Shown here piece by piece: positions 42,664-50,973 of a stretch of 64,000 nt of DNA. Origin of the DNA: Alphaproteobacteria bacterium (GTDB lineage Bacteria; Pseudomonadota; Alphaproteobacteria; UBA828). A model generated the notes under the pieces. That model was not told the origin of the DNA. It made no database searches and saw nothing but the letters and a program-made list of their open reading frames with translations. Position numbers and translations under genes: made by a program. The DNA lies in NCBI GenBank assembly GCA_965237415.1, contig CBDEFM010000002.1:1408001-1472000 (forward strand), given 5' to 3'. Each line of letters opens with the position of its first letter. The first letter of the stretch is position 1.

Positions 42664-43182
42664 ATGGGTATTTTACTTAGACTTCTGGTTCGTGCCTTCC
42701 TCCCGACTCCGCGGCGGAATAAACGGCGCGGAGCTTCTCGCCGAACAAGAGGATTGAGGCCCGGAGCAACGATTAGTGGAAAGGCATATGTCATCGACGG
42801 CGACACGATTAGAGTCTCCGGTGAAAGGATACGCCTCTCCGGCCTCGACGCACCCGAGGTTGATCAGGTGGCGAAGCACCAGGACGGCTACTGGTTCAAG
42901 CAGGGGCAGCGCATCAAGAGCGCGCTGATAAATGAGATCGGGGGGAAGGTCGTCAGGCTCACCGTCGAGGGATACGACAAATATGACCGAGTCCTCGGCA
43001 TCGTGACCTGCGATGGCCGGGATATCGGCGAGTGGCTCGTCTGGAACGGCTACGCGATTGCCGCTTTCGGAGAGCGGTATAGACACCTGGAACTCGACGC
43101 TCAACGAGCGCAGCGCGGGATGTGGGCGCACGCCGCCCGATATGACCCGAGGGACTGGCGGCGCATGACATTGAACAGCTGA
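42664..43182 (+). CDS. Thermonuclease (SNase-like) family protein
   Basis: VIDGDTI, IRLSGLDAPE, DKYDRVLG, AQRAQRGMW, P.DWRR; start 42658 or 42664. Confidence 0.88.
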   Translation: MGILLRLLVRAFLPTPRRNKRRGASRRTRGLRPGATISGKAYVIDGDTIRVSGERIRLSGLDAPEVDQVAKHQDGYWFKQGQRIKSALINEIGGKVVRLTVEGYDKYDRVLGIVTCDGRDIGEWLVWNGYAIAAFGERYRHLELDAQRAQRGMWAHAARYDPRDWRRMTLNS

Positions 43183-43325
43183 TTGACAAGCCATCGGGAG
43201 GCTGGCGGCAAGCCGCCTGCCTCCCGCTATTGCATCGGCGCCGCCCGGTCCGGTGAACGCCAGGGGCGTCCGTGCTGGTGGAACCTGGGCGCGGAAACAG
43301 GGGCGATGGACCAAGAAAGCGGCGC

Positions 43326-43627
43326 TCAGCCCCCGTTCTGCTCCGCCTCGCGGATCATGCCGCGCAGCACCTTGGGCGTGAGCGGGAGCGAATCCACCTT
43401 GATGCCGAGCGGCTTGAGCGCGTCTTCGACGGCCGCGGCGATGGCCGGCGGGGCGCCCATGCGCCCGCCTTCGCCGCCGCCCTTGATGCCGTACTCGGTG
43501 AAGGGGGACGGCGTCTCCACATGGCCCACGCGGATGTCGACCGGCGTCTCCATCAGGGTCGGGTGCAGGTAGTCGCTCAAGAGCACGTTCTGAAGCTGCC
43601 CGTTCTCGTCATAGTGGAAGTGCTCGT
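43326..43627 (-). repeat. Repeat unit C, copy in L3 (last ~300 nt); second copy at 42173-42474
   Basis: Ungapped manual alignment, about 21 mismatches in about 300 nt. Confidence 0.92.
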
Positions 43628-45797
43628 AGAGGGCGCTGCCGATACCGTTCACGGTGCCGCCCCGCACGTGGCCGGCGAGGGTCATCGGGTTGACCATGGT
43701 GCCGCAGTCGTGGACGGCCACGTAGTCGAGGAAGTCGACCTTTCCGGTCTCTATATCCACCTCGACCACCGGGATGTGACACATGTGGCCGACGATCGGA
43801 TAGAAGATGCCGAGGTCGGAACGATCCTCCGACGGCATGGTCGTGACCGGATGGTCGTAGACGTAGGCCGCGTCGATGCCGCTGGTGAGGTCGTGATCCT
43901 CCGGCAGGTCCAGCCTGAAGTAGTGGGCGTGGAGCGCCACCTCGGCGAGGGTCTTCTCCTTGCCGGGCACGCCCTGGACGCCGATCGAGCCCGCGCGGAA
44001 TTCGAGATCGCTCGGATCCGCCTCCAGCATGTGGCTGGCGACGCGCAGCATCTTCTCCTTGATCACGTCGGCGGCGCCGCTGACGGCGCCCGCGATCATC
44101 ACCGTGAACCGGCTGCCGCCCGGCCCCGACGAGTTGAAGCCCTTGTCGGAATCGGCGTAACCGACCGAAATATCAGCGGGATCTATCTCCAGCTTCTCGG
44201 CCAGCACCTGCACCGCCATCGTCTCGGGGCTGTTGCCCCAGAAGGGCGCGTTCAGCGTGATGAACGCCTTGCCGGTGGGATCGATGTTGATGGCGACACT
44301 CTCCGGCGAGCTCGAGAGCGTGAAGCCCGGTGTCTCGTTCGGGTTCCACATCCAGAACTCGGTGGCGCTGAAGACGCTCCGCTCCTGGCAGGTGGAGATG
44401 CCGATGCCGATGTAGCGGCCTTCCTTCCGCGCCTCGGCCTGCTTCTTGCGCCAGCCGTCGTAGTCGATCATGCCGAGCGCCTCGTCGAGCACGGCCTGAT
44501 AGTTGCCGCTGTCGTACATGTTGCCGGTCGGCATGATGTAGGGGAACTGGTCCTTCTCGATCAGGTTCAGCCTACGCATCTCCACCGGGTCGATGCCGAG
44601 CTCCTCGCAGGCCGCGTCGACCAGGCGCTCGATCACGAAGTTGCCGACCTCGGAGCCGAAGCCGCGATAGGCTCCCTGCTGGCACTTGTTGGTGAGCACG
44701 GCGGTGAGGTCGACCTCGACGCTGTTGATCTTGTAGGGGCCGGTCACCTGCGCCATCGCATTGCCGTGCTGGCCGACGCCGTACTGGAAGTAGGCGCCGT
44801 AGTCGTCGATCACCTTGAGCCGCATGCTCAGCATCGCGCCGTCGCGCTTCAACGCGAGCTTGGCGTCGTAGAGGCGGTCGGAGCCGTGGGCGTCGCCGCT
44901 CGTCATGTTGTCGATGCGGTCTTCCAGATACTTGACCGGCCGGCCGGCGGCGCGGGCGAGCGTGCCGGCGAGCGTGCAGACCTTGTGGCAGAAAAGCTTG
45001 CTGCCGAAGCTGCCGCCGGCGTCGGTCGGCACGATGTTGAGCCGGTGTGGATCGACCTTGAGCGAGACCGCGATCAGCCAGCCGACGTAGTTGTACATCG
45101 ACGTGTTGGCATGGATCGTGAACTTGCCCGTGCCCCGGTCGTAGTGGGCGGTGGCGCCGACGGTCTCGATCGGCGTGCCGCCTGAGCGCGGCCAGCGCAG
45201 CCTGCGCTCGATCACGAGATCGGCGGCGGCGAAATCCTCGTCCACCGTGCCGAAATTAATCGTGCGCTGGAGCGCCACGTTGGTATCGCCGCGTTCGGGA
45301 TGGAGCACGGCATCGCCGGTCGATGTCACTGCCTCTTCGAGATCGACGACCGCCGGCAGCGGATCGTACTCGACCTCGATCAGCTCGCAGGCGTCCTCGG
45401 CGATATAGCGGCTGTCCGCCACGACGGCGGCGACCGCCTCGCCCACGTGGCGCACCTTGCCCACGGCGATGCAGTACTGCGGCGTCGGCGGGCTCGAAAA
45501 ATCCGCGCACGGCCCCGTGACCTCCGCCGCCTCGGCGCCGGTCATGACGCAGAGCACGCCGGGCAGCGCCTCGGCCTTCGACTTGTCGATGCTCACGATG
45601 CGGGCGTGGGCATGGGGGCTGCGCAGCACCGCGGCATGCGCCATGTTGGGCAGCGACACGTCGTCCGCATAGGTGCCAGAGCCGGTGAGCAGGCGGGTGT
45701 CCTCTACCCGCTTCATGCTGTGCCCGATGGCGAAGTACTTGGACTTGGGCTTCTCGCGCTGACGCGATTCGGGGATGTAATGGCGTTCGCGGGTCAT
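43326..45797 (-). CDS. Molybdenum hydroxylase large subunit L3 (paralogue of L1)
   Basis: Same motifs as L1: IPESRQREKP, NTSMYNY, NKCQQGAYRGFGSE, CQERSVFSATEFWMWN, KGGGEGG; start MTRERH at 45797. Confidence 0.93.
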   Translation of the reverse strand: MTRERHYIPESRQREKPKSKYFAIGHSMKRVEDTRLLTGSGTYADDVSLPNMAHAAVLRSPHAHARIVSIDKSKAEALPGVLCVMTGAEAAEVTGPCADFSSPPTPQYCIAVGKVRHVGEAVAAVVADSRYIAEDACELIEVEYDPLPAVVDLEEAVTSTGDAVLHPERGDTNVALQRTINFGTVDEDFAAADLVIERRLRWPRSGGTPIETVGATAHYDRGTGKFTIHANTSMYNYVGWLIAVSLKVDPHRLNIVPTDAGGSFGSKLFCHKVCTLAGTLARAAGRPVKYLEDRIDNMTSGDAHGSDRLYDAKLALKRDGAMLSMRLKVIDDYGAYFQYGVGQHGNAMAQVTGPYKINSVEVDLTAVLTNKCQQGAYRGFGSEVGNFVIERLVDAACEELGIDPVEMRRLNLIEKDQFPYIMPTGNMYDSGNYQAVLDEALGMIDYDGWRKKQAEARKEGRYIGIGISTCQERSVFSATEFWMWNPNETPGFTLSSSPESVAINIDPTGKAFITLNAPFWGNSPETMAVQVLAEKLEIDPADISVGYADSDKGFNSSGPGGSRFTVMIAGAVSGAADVIKEKMLRVASHMLEADPSDLEFRAGSIGVQGVPGKEKTLAEVALHAHYFRLDLPEDHDLTSGIDAAYVYDHPVTTMPSEDRSDLGIFYPIVGHMCHIPVVEVDIETGKVDFLDYVAVHDCGTMVNPMTLAGHVRGGTVNGIGSALYEHFHYDENGQLQNVLLSDYLHPTLMETPVDIRVGHVETPSPFTEYGIKGGGEGGRMGAPPAIAAAVEDALKPLGIKVDSLPLTPKVLRGMIREAEQNGG

Positions 45798-46279
45798 TGC
45801 CCCTCTCCCTGCATTCGTTCGGCCGCGGCCTGCACCGCCTCGACGATTGTCTGGTAGCCGGTGCAGCGGCAGAGGTTGCTCGACATCGCCTCGCGAATCT
45901 CGTCGAGGCTCGGATTGGGCGTGCTCTCCAGCAACTCGACCGCCGTCATCAGCATGCCCGGCGTACAGAAGCCGCATTGCAGGCCGTGCTTCTCCCAAAA
46001 CGCCTCCTGCAGCGGGTGCATGTCGTCGACACCGCCGAGGCCTTCGATGGTGCGGACCTCAGCCCCCGCCGCCTGGACGGCGAGCATCAGGCAGGAGCGT
46101 GCGGCCTCGCCGTTGACGAGCACGGTGCAGGCGCCGCAGACCCCGTGCTCGCAGCCGACATGGGTGCCGGTGAGCCCGAGCTTCTCGCGCAGGAAGTCGC
46201 TGAGCAGCATGCGCGGCTCGGCGTCGGCCGCGCGGCGCTCGCCATTGACGACAAGCTCGACGGTACGTGGCGTCGTCAT
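45794..46279 (-). CDS. 2Fe-2S small subunit S3
   Basis: [27 protein letters not shown]; ATG 46279 after GGAGG. Confidence 0.95.
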   Translation of the reverse strand: MTTPRTVELVVNGERRAADAEPRMLLSDFLREKLGLTGTHVGCEHGVCGACTVLVNGEAARSCLMLAVQAAGAEVRTIEGLGGVDDMHPLQEAFWEKHGLQCGFCTPGMLMTAVELLESTPNPSLDEIREAMSSNLCRCTGYQTIVEAVQAAAERMQGEGQ

Positions 46280-46291
46280 CTCCACCTCCCT

Positions 46292-47155
46292 TCAGTGGCA
46301 GCGGGAGGCGGCGTCGGCAAGCGCGCGCCGGGTCAGGCTGCGCACCAGATCGCGCCGATAGTCCGCGTCCGCGTGAAAATCTTCGCTGGGGTCGATGCTG
46401 TCCGCCGCCGCGGCCGCGGCCTGGCGAAAGGCATCGTCGCCCGGTGCCGCGCCTGCGAGCGCATCCTCGGCAGCACGCGCCCGGTGCGGCCCGTCGCCCA
46501 CGCCGGCGCAGACGATCCGCGCGCCAGTGCAGGCACCGTCCGCAAGCTCGACCGTCGCACCTACGGCCACGTAGGCGAAGTCGCCCTTGCGCGGGCTCAC
46601 CTCGTAAAAGGCCGCGCCCTGGCCGGCCGGCGCCTGCGGCACGCGGACCTCGACGAGAAGCTCGTTCGCCTCGGCTGCCGTGGAGAGCGTACCGGTGAAA
46701 AAGTCCTCGGCCCCGACGGTGCGCGTGCCGCCTGCGCTCCGCAGCACCATCTCAGCGCCGCTCGCCACGGCCACCGCCGGCATCTCCGACGCCGGGTCGT
46801 TATGGCAGAGGTTGCCGCAGAGCGTGCCGCGATTGCGGATCGGGCCGTGGGAAACATAGGGATAGGCGGCGGCCATCAAGGGCGAGGCCCCGCGCACGGC
46901 ATCCGCCTCCAGCACTGCCTTGTGGCGGGCGAGCGCGCCGATCCTGAGCTGCCCATCCTCCAGAGTCACATAGTCGAGGCCGGGCAGGCGGTTGATATCG
47001 ATCAGCACGTCCGGGTGCAGCGCCCGCAGGTTCAGCATCGGCACCAGGCTCTGGCCGCCCGCGATCACCTTGGCCGCCTCGCCGTGCTCGGCAAGCAGCG
47101 CCAGTGCCTCCTCCAGGGTCTCCGGACAGCAGTAGTCGAACGGTGGCGGTTTCAT
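46292..47155 (-). CDS. FAD-binding medium subunit M3
   Basis: MKPPPFDY, AGGQSL, IRNRGTLCGN, RKGDFA. Confidence 0.93.
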   Translation of the reverse strand: MKPPPFDYCCPETLEEALALLAEHGEAAKVIAGGQSLVPMLNLRALHPDVLIDINRLPGLDYVTLEDGQLRIGALARHKAVLEADAVRGASPLMAAAYPYVSHGPIRNRGTLCGNLCHNDPASEMPAVAVASGAEMVLRSAGGTRTVGAEDFFTGTLSTAAEANELLVEVRVPQAPAGQGAAFYEVSPRKGDFAYVAVGATVELADGACTGARIVCAGVGDGPHRARAAEDALAGAAPGDDAFRQAAAAAADSIDPSEDFHADADYRRDLVRSLTRRALADAASRCH

Positions 47156-47221
47156 CCAGTATCTCCCTTGTTCCGTCCCGCCGCCCGGTGGCGAGCCGGC
47201 TACGTTCTTCTGCCAATCAGT

Positions 47222-48454
47222 CTAGAGCAAGCCCCCGCCCTCTTCCAAGCCGAGCACCGCACGGCCGTACTGCGCACCCGCGATATCGAAGTTGAACGAG
47301 ATGTGCGCGTTGATGGCGTGGATATCGCGGAAGAACCGTTGGATCGGATTGCGCTCGTAAAGCGCGGCACCGCCGCTCGCCTCGAACAGGATGTCTACCG
47401 CCCGGCGGCATTCGCTGGCGGCATAGGCGCCGTTGCGGCGGAACCGTGTCTTCGTCGTGAAATCGGGCACCGTGCCTGCCGCCCCGTGCGCCATCGCCTC
47501 GTCGCAGGCGGCCCGCATGAGGGCACCCGCGGCCTCGATCCTGACCGCGGCCTCGGCAATCTTGATCTGGATTGGCACGTGATCGGCGACGCGGGTGCCG
47601 CTGTAGGAACCGACGCGCCGGCGGGTTGCCGCGACGTAGCCCTCCAGCGCGCCCTCCGCCGTGCCGAGGGCGCAGCCGGCGAGCACGTAGGGGAACATCG
47701 TGAAGACGGGGAGCCTGTAGAGCGCGGCATCGTTGACGGCCAGGCCAGGCCCGCGGCACCCCTTGGTCTCGTCGACCGCGAGCGTGCGGTGCGCGGGCAC
47801 GAAGACCTCCTCGGCCGCCACGTCGTTGCTCCCGGTTCCGCGCAGGGCCGTGGCATGCCAGGTATCGATGATCTCGTAGTCGCGGCGGGGGAGGATGAAC
47901 ATTCGATGCTCGGGTGGGTCGGTCTCCGCAACGATCCCGCCCAGCATCGTCCAGGCGCTGGGATCGATCCCGCTCGCGAAGGGCCAGCGGCCGGAAATGA
48001 CGTAGCCGCCATCGACCGCGCGCACCTTGCCCGCCGGGAAGATCAGCGAGGCCGCGATCAGCACGTCCGGGTCCGGCCCCCAGACCTCGTCCTGCACCTC
48101 CGGCTCGAAGAGCGCGAGCATCCAGTGGTGGGCGAGCAAATTGGTCAGGTTCCAGGAGCTGGACGGGCAGGCACGGGCGATGATGGCGCCGAGATCGATG
48201 AGAATGCCGTAGTCGAGCTCGCCACCGCCGACGCGGGCCGGCTGGAGCACGCGGAAGAGCCCGTTCTCATGGAACGCGGCCTCGGTCTCGGCCGGCAGGC
48301 GGCGCAGCGCTTCGGTCGCAGCGGCACGTTCGCACAGGCTCGGCAACAGTGCCTCGGCCCGCTGCAGAACCGCGTCTCGCGCATCGGCACGCGCGGCATC
48401 CGGGGTATCCGCGCGCGCGGCATCCGGACGATCCGTCGCCATGCTTTCGTTCAT
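47222..48454 (-). CDS. Acyl-CoA dehydrogenase-fold flavin-dependent monooxygenase (HsaA/C2-hpaH-like oxygenase component)
   Basis: LFRVLQP..GG.E, ACPSSSW, SGRWPFASG, DTW...LRGTGS, QRFFRDIH...HI. Confidence 0.85.
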   Translation of the reverse strand: MNESMATDRPDAARADTPDAARADARDAVLQRAEALLPSLCERAAATEALRRLPAETEAAFHENGLFRVLQPARVGGGELDYGILIDLGAIIARACPSSSWNLTNLLAHHWMLALFEPEVQDEVWGPDPDVLIAASLIFPAGKVRAVDGGYVISGRWPFASGIDPSAWTMLGGIVAETDPPEHRMFILPRRDYEIIDTWHATALRGTGSNDVAAEEVFVPAHRTLAVDETKGCRGPGLAVNDAALYRLPVFTMFPYVLAGCALGTAEGALEGYVAATRRRVGSYSGTRVADHVPIQIKIAEAAVRIEAAGALMRAACDEAMAHGAAGTVPDFTTKTRFRRNGAYAASECRRAVDILFEASGGAALYERNPIQRFFRDIHAINAHISFNFDIAGAQYGRAVLGLEEGGGLL

Positions 48455-48597
48455 GATGCCGCCCGCTGTCGTGGAAAAGCCCGAGGGCAGGGTTCGGCTC
48501 TATGCCCCTTTGCGGAGATTGGCACTGTCGGGCGTCCAGATTTGCCGGTCGCGGACGGCGCGGCCCGCCGCCGGCACAAGCCAGAAGTTGCGATCGC

Positions 48598-48674
48598 TGG
48601 TCGGAGTGAGTGGACTTGAACCACCGACCCCCGCCTCCCGAAGACGGTGCTCTACCAAGCTGAGCTACACTCCG
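48598..48674 (-). tRNA. tRNA-Pro (anticodon CGG)
   Basis: Minus strand CGGAGTGTAGCTCAGCTTGGTAGAGCACCGTCTTCGGGAGGCGGGGGTCGGTGGTTCAAGTCCACTCACTCCGACCA: cloverleaf, TTC loop, encoded CCA. Confidence 0.96.
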
Positions 48675-48829
48675 ACCGGTGACGCGCGCGGGAGGCTGCG
48701 ACACCCCCAGCGCGCGCCCCTTATAGCGTGAGGGGCCGGTGGCCGGCAAGCAATGCGGCGGGGGCGAGGCCCTTCTCGACCGCGGAGATCGCGAGCTGCC
48801 TATCGCGACCGATAAGACGCCTTATCGCT

Positions 48830-49666
48830 TTAGTGCGGCACCGCTCGGCAGAGAAGCTCGATCGGCACCGCGCGGCGCTCCTTCAACGCGCGCGCCGAGT
48901 TCGCCGCCGCTTCCTCGGCGAGTGCGCCGTGGACCAGCGAAATGGCACGGTGCAGCGGCTTTCCACCCGCCTCGACCAATGCGCGCGAGCGGGCGCCATA
49001 GGCAAGCGCCGCCTCCGTCGTCTCACGCAGGCTCTCGATCGCGAACCCGCAGGCCTCGAGGCTTTCGCGGGTCTCGGCCTCGGTCGCGAGAAAGCTCGAC
49101 GAGGCCGTCCGCGCCCAGGGCGTCGGGTAGTCCGGCGCGCGCCCCGGCCCTTGCGTGACTTCCGACAGCATGAGCCAGGCGCCGGGCTTGATCACGCGGT
49201 GGATTTCCCGATAGAGCGCGCGCTTGTCGGCGATGTTCATCGAGACGTTCATCGAGTAGGCACCTTCGAACGCCGCGTCGCCGAACGGCATCGTCAGCGC
49301 ATCGCCCTGCCGGATGGAGACGCGCTCCTCAAGCCCGAGATGTGCCGTCAGGTGGCGCGCGACGTCGCAGAATTCGGCCGTCAGATCGATCCCGCTGACA
49401 CGGCAGCCGAAGCGCCGGGCCAGGTAGCGCGCGGGCCCGCCGAGACCGCTGCCGACATCCAGAATATGGTCGGTCACGGCGACCCGGAGCAGCGCCGCCA
49501 TTTCCTCGGTCGCCTCCAGGCCCCGGCCGTGGAAATGATCGTAGGGTGCCAGGACCTCGGCGGTCGCGCGCGACGGATCGACCCCATCCTCCCGCAGCTG
49601 CGCCTCGAGCCGGGCCAGCAGATCGCCGCTCGTGTAATGATCGGTGATGTCGCGCGCGTGGCTCAC
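48830..49666 (-). CDS. Class I SAM-dependent methyltransferase
   Basis: DHFHGRG, ILDVGSGLGGPAR, GIDLT, GDALTMPF, HRVIKPG; GTG 49666 after AAGGAG. Confidence 0.88.
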   Translation of the reverse strand: MSHARDITDHYTSGDLLARLEAQLREDGVDPSRATAEVLAPYDHFHGRGLEATEEMAALLRVAVTDHILDVGSGLGGPARYLARRFGCRVSGIDLTAEFCDVARHLTAHLGLEERVSIRQGDALTMPFGDAAFEGAYSMNVSMNIADKRALYREIHRVIKPGAWLMLSEVTQGPGRAPDYPTPWARTASSSFLATEAETRESLEACGFAIESLRETTEAALAYGARSRALVEAGGKPLHRAISLVHGALAEEAAANSARALKERRAVPIELLCRAVPH

Positions 49667-49895
49667 TGACAACTCCTTCCCGCCGAGCCCGCAGCCTGCT
49701 TCGGCGGGCACGACATCGAACCGTAAGAGCAAAAGACGCAGCAATCGCCCGGAAGCGGCTTCAGCCGCACGCCGCACCCCGCGCACTCATGGAAGAACAG
49801 ACACGAGTCGTCCGCATTTCCTCTCGCGCCTCATGCCCGCAGGTCGGACAAGTGAGAAGGGAGTAGCGCTCGACAGTGGACGGGGCTAGCGACAT
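49663..49895 (-). pseudogene. GDCCVxC-domain Cys-rich protein with a 1-nt frameshift
   Basis: Frame 1 SLLTCPTCGH..EEM; after a shift near 49813, DDSCLFFHECAGCGVRLKPLPGDCCVFCSYGSMSCPPKQ; span of 233 nt is one base short of a whole number of codons. Confidence 0.85.
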
Positions 49896-49960
49896 CGCGA
49901 CCTCCGTGGCGGACAGCCTGGGGATATGACCGGCAATCGCGGCGGCTCGGATAACGGGAT

Positions 49961-50674
49961 TCAGGCGGCGCTTCCCGCCGCGCCCTCCGGCCGGTAGCCG
50001 GGCAAGAGGTTGCGCTTGGTTTCCTCGTCCCACTCCATCTTGAGCTTGCCGAGCTCCTTGCCGGCGTCATAGCCGCGCCGCAGCGCCGGCCGCTGCTGCA
50101 GCGCCTTGTACCAGCGCTTCACGTTGGGGAACGCGTCGAGGTCGACCTTCTGCCCCTTGTAGGTGATCACCCAGGGCCAGCAGGCCATGTCGGCGATGGA
50201 GTACTCGTCGGCAATATAGTCGCGGCCCTCGAGCCTTCGGTCGAGCACGCCGTACAGTCGGAGCATCTCGCTGAGATAGCGCTCGATGGCGTAGGGAATG
50301 GGCTCCGGCGCATAGAGCTTGAAATGGCCGGCCTGGCCGATCATCGGCCCGAGGCCGCCCAGTTGCCACGAGAGCCATTCGAGCACGGTCTTGCGCCCGC
50401 GCAGGTCCGTCGGCAGGAAGCGGCCGGTCTTTTCGGCCAGGTAGATCAGGATGGCGCCGGACTCGAACACCGCGAGCGGCCCGCTGCCGTCCGACGGATC
50501 GTGATCGACGATCGCAGGCATCCGGTTGTTCGGGCTGATGGCGAGAAAGTCGGGTTCGTACTGTTCGCCGCGATAGATGTTGACGGGGACGATGCGGTAG
50601 TCGAGATCCATTTCCTCCAGGGCGATGGAGATCTTCCATCCATTGGGCGTCGGCCAGTAATAGGCGTCGATCAT
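49961..50674 (-). CDS. Glutathione S-transferase family protein (YfcG/Nu class)
   Basis: WPTPNGWK, ISPNNRMPAIVD, FESGAIL, GLGPM.GQ..HF, YSIADMA. Confidence 0.92.
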   Translation of the reverse strand: MIDAYYWPTPNGWKISIALEEMDLDYRIVPVNIYRGEQYEPDFLAISPNNRMPAIVDHDPSDGSGPLAVFESGAILIYLAEKTGRFLPTDLRGRKTVLEWLSWQLGGLGPMIGQAGHFKLYAPEPIPYAIERYLSEMLRLYGVLDRRLEGRDYIADEYSIADMACWPWVITYKGQKVDLDAFPNVKRWYKALQQRPALRRGYDAGKELGKLKMEWDEETKRNLLPGYRPEGAAGSAA

Positions 50675-50973
50675 GGGCCGCCATCCTCCACAAACAGTGT
50701 TCCCGATGTTCGGGCGAACGTAGCCCCAAGGTGGGGCAATTGTAAGCGCGCGGCGTCGCCGCCTTGCCGGTGAGGTGGCCTCGCCCTGAAGGAATGGGCG
50801 CGATCATGTTGGTGACGTTCCCGATGCTTCCAAAATTGGTGTGCGGGCACGCGCGGGGTGGCATGCGACAATGGCCGGACGGGGAGCCGGGCACTATGAC
50901 GTGAGCCGCGGCGCCCGCGCCGCCCGGCTCAGATCGACGAAGGGAGCAGCGGCCGCTCCGCCGCCGCGATCGC

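Noticed and set aside
33146-48619. Very long plus-strand ORFs (33146-35281, 37602-40412, 43272-45185, 45797-48619), and similar ones such as 179-2398 and 25162-27789
   Set aside because: They are antisense shadows of well-supported genes, expected in high-GC DNA; they contain no motifs.
49761-49763. Selenocysteine read-through TGA in the GDCCVxC gene
   Set aside because: This TGA is in the shifted, wrong frame; in the repaired frame all motif positions are Cys codons.
50697-50826. Alphaproteobacterial LexA box; repeated GTTCCCGAT (also near 31732)
   Set aside because: GTTC spacing is N5 rather than N7; the short repeat could be chance and has no further support.
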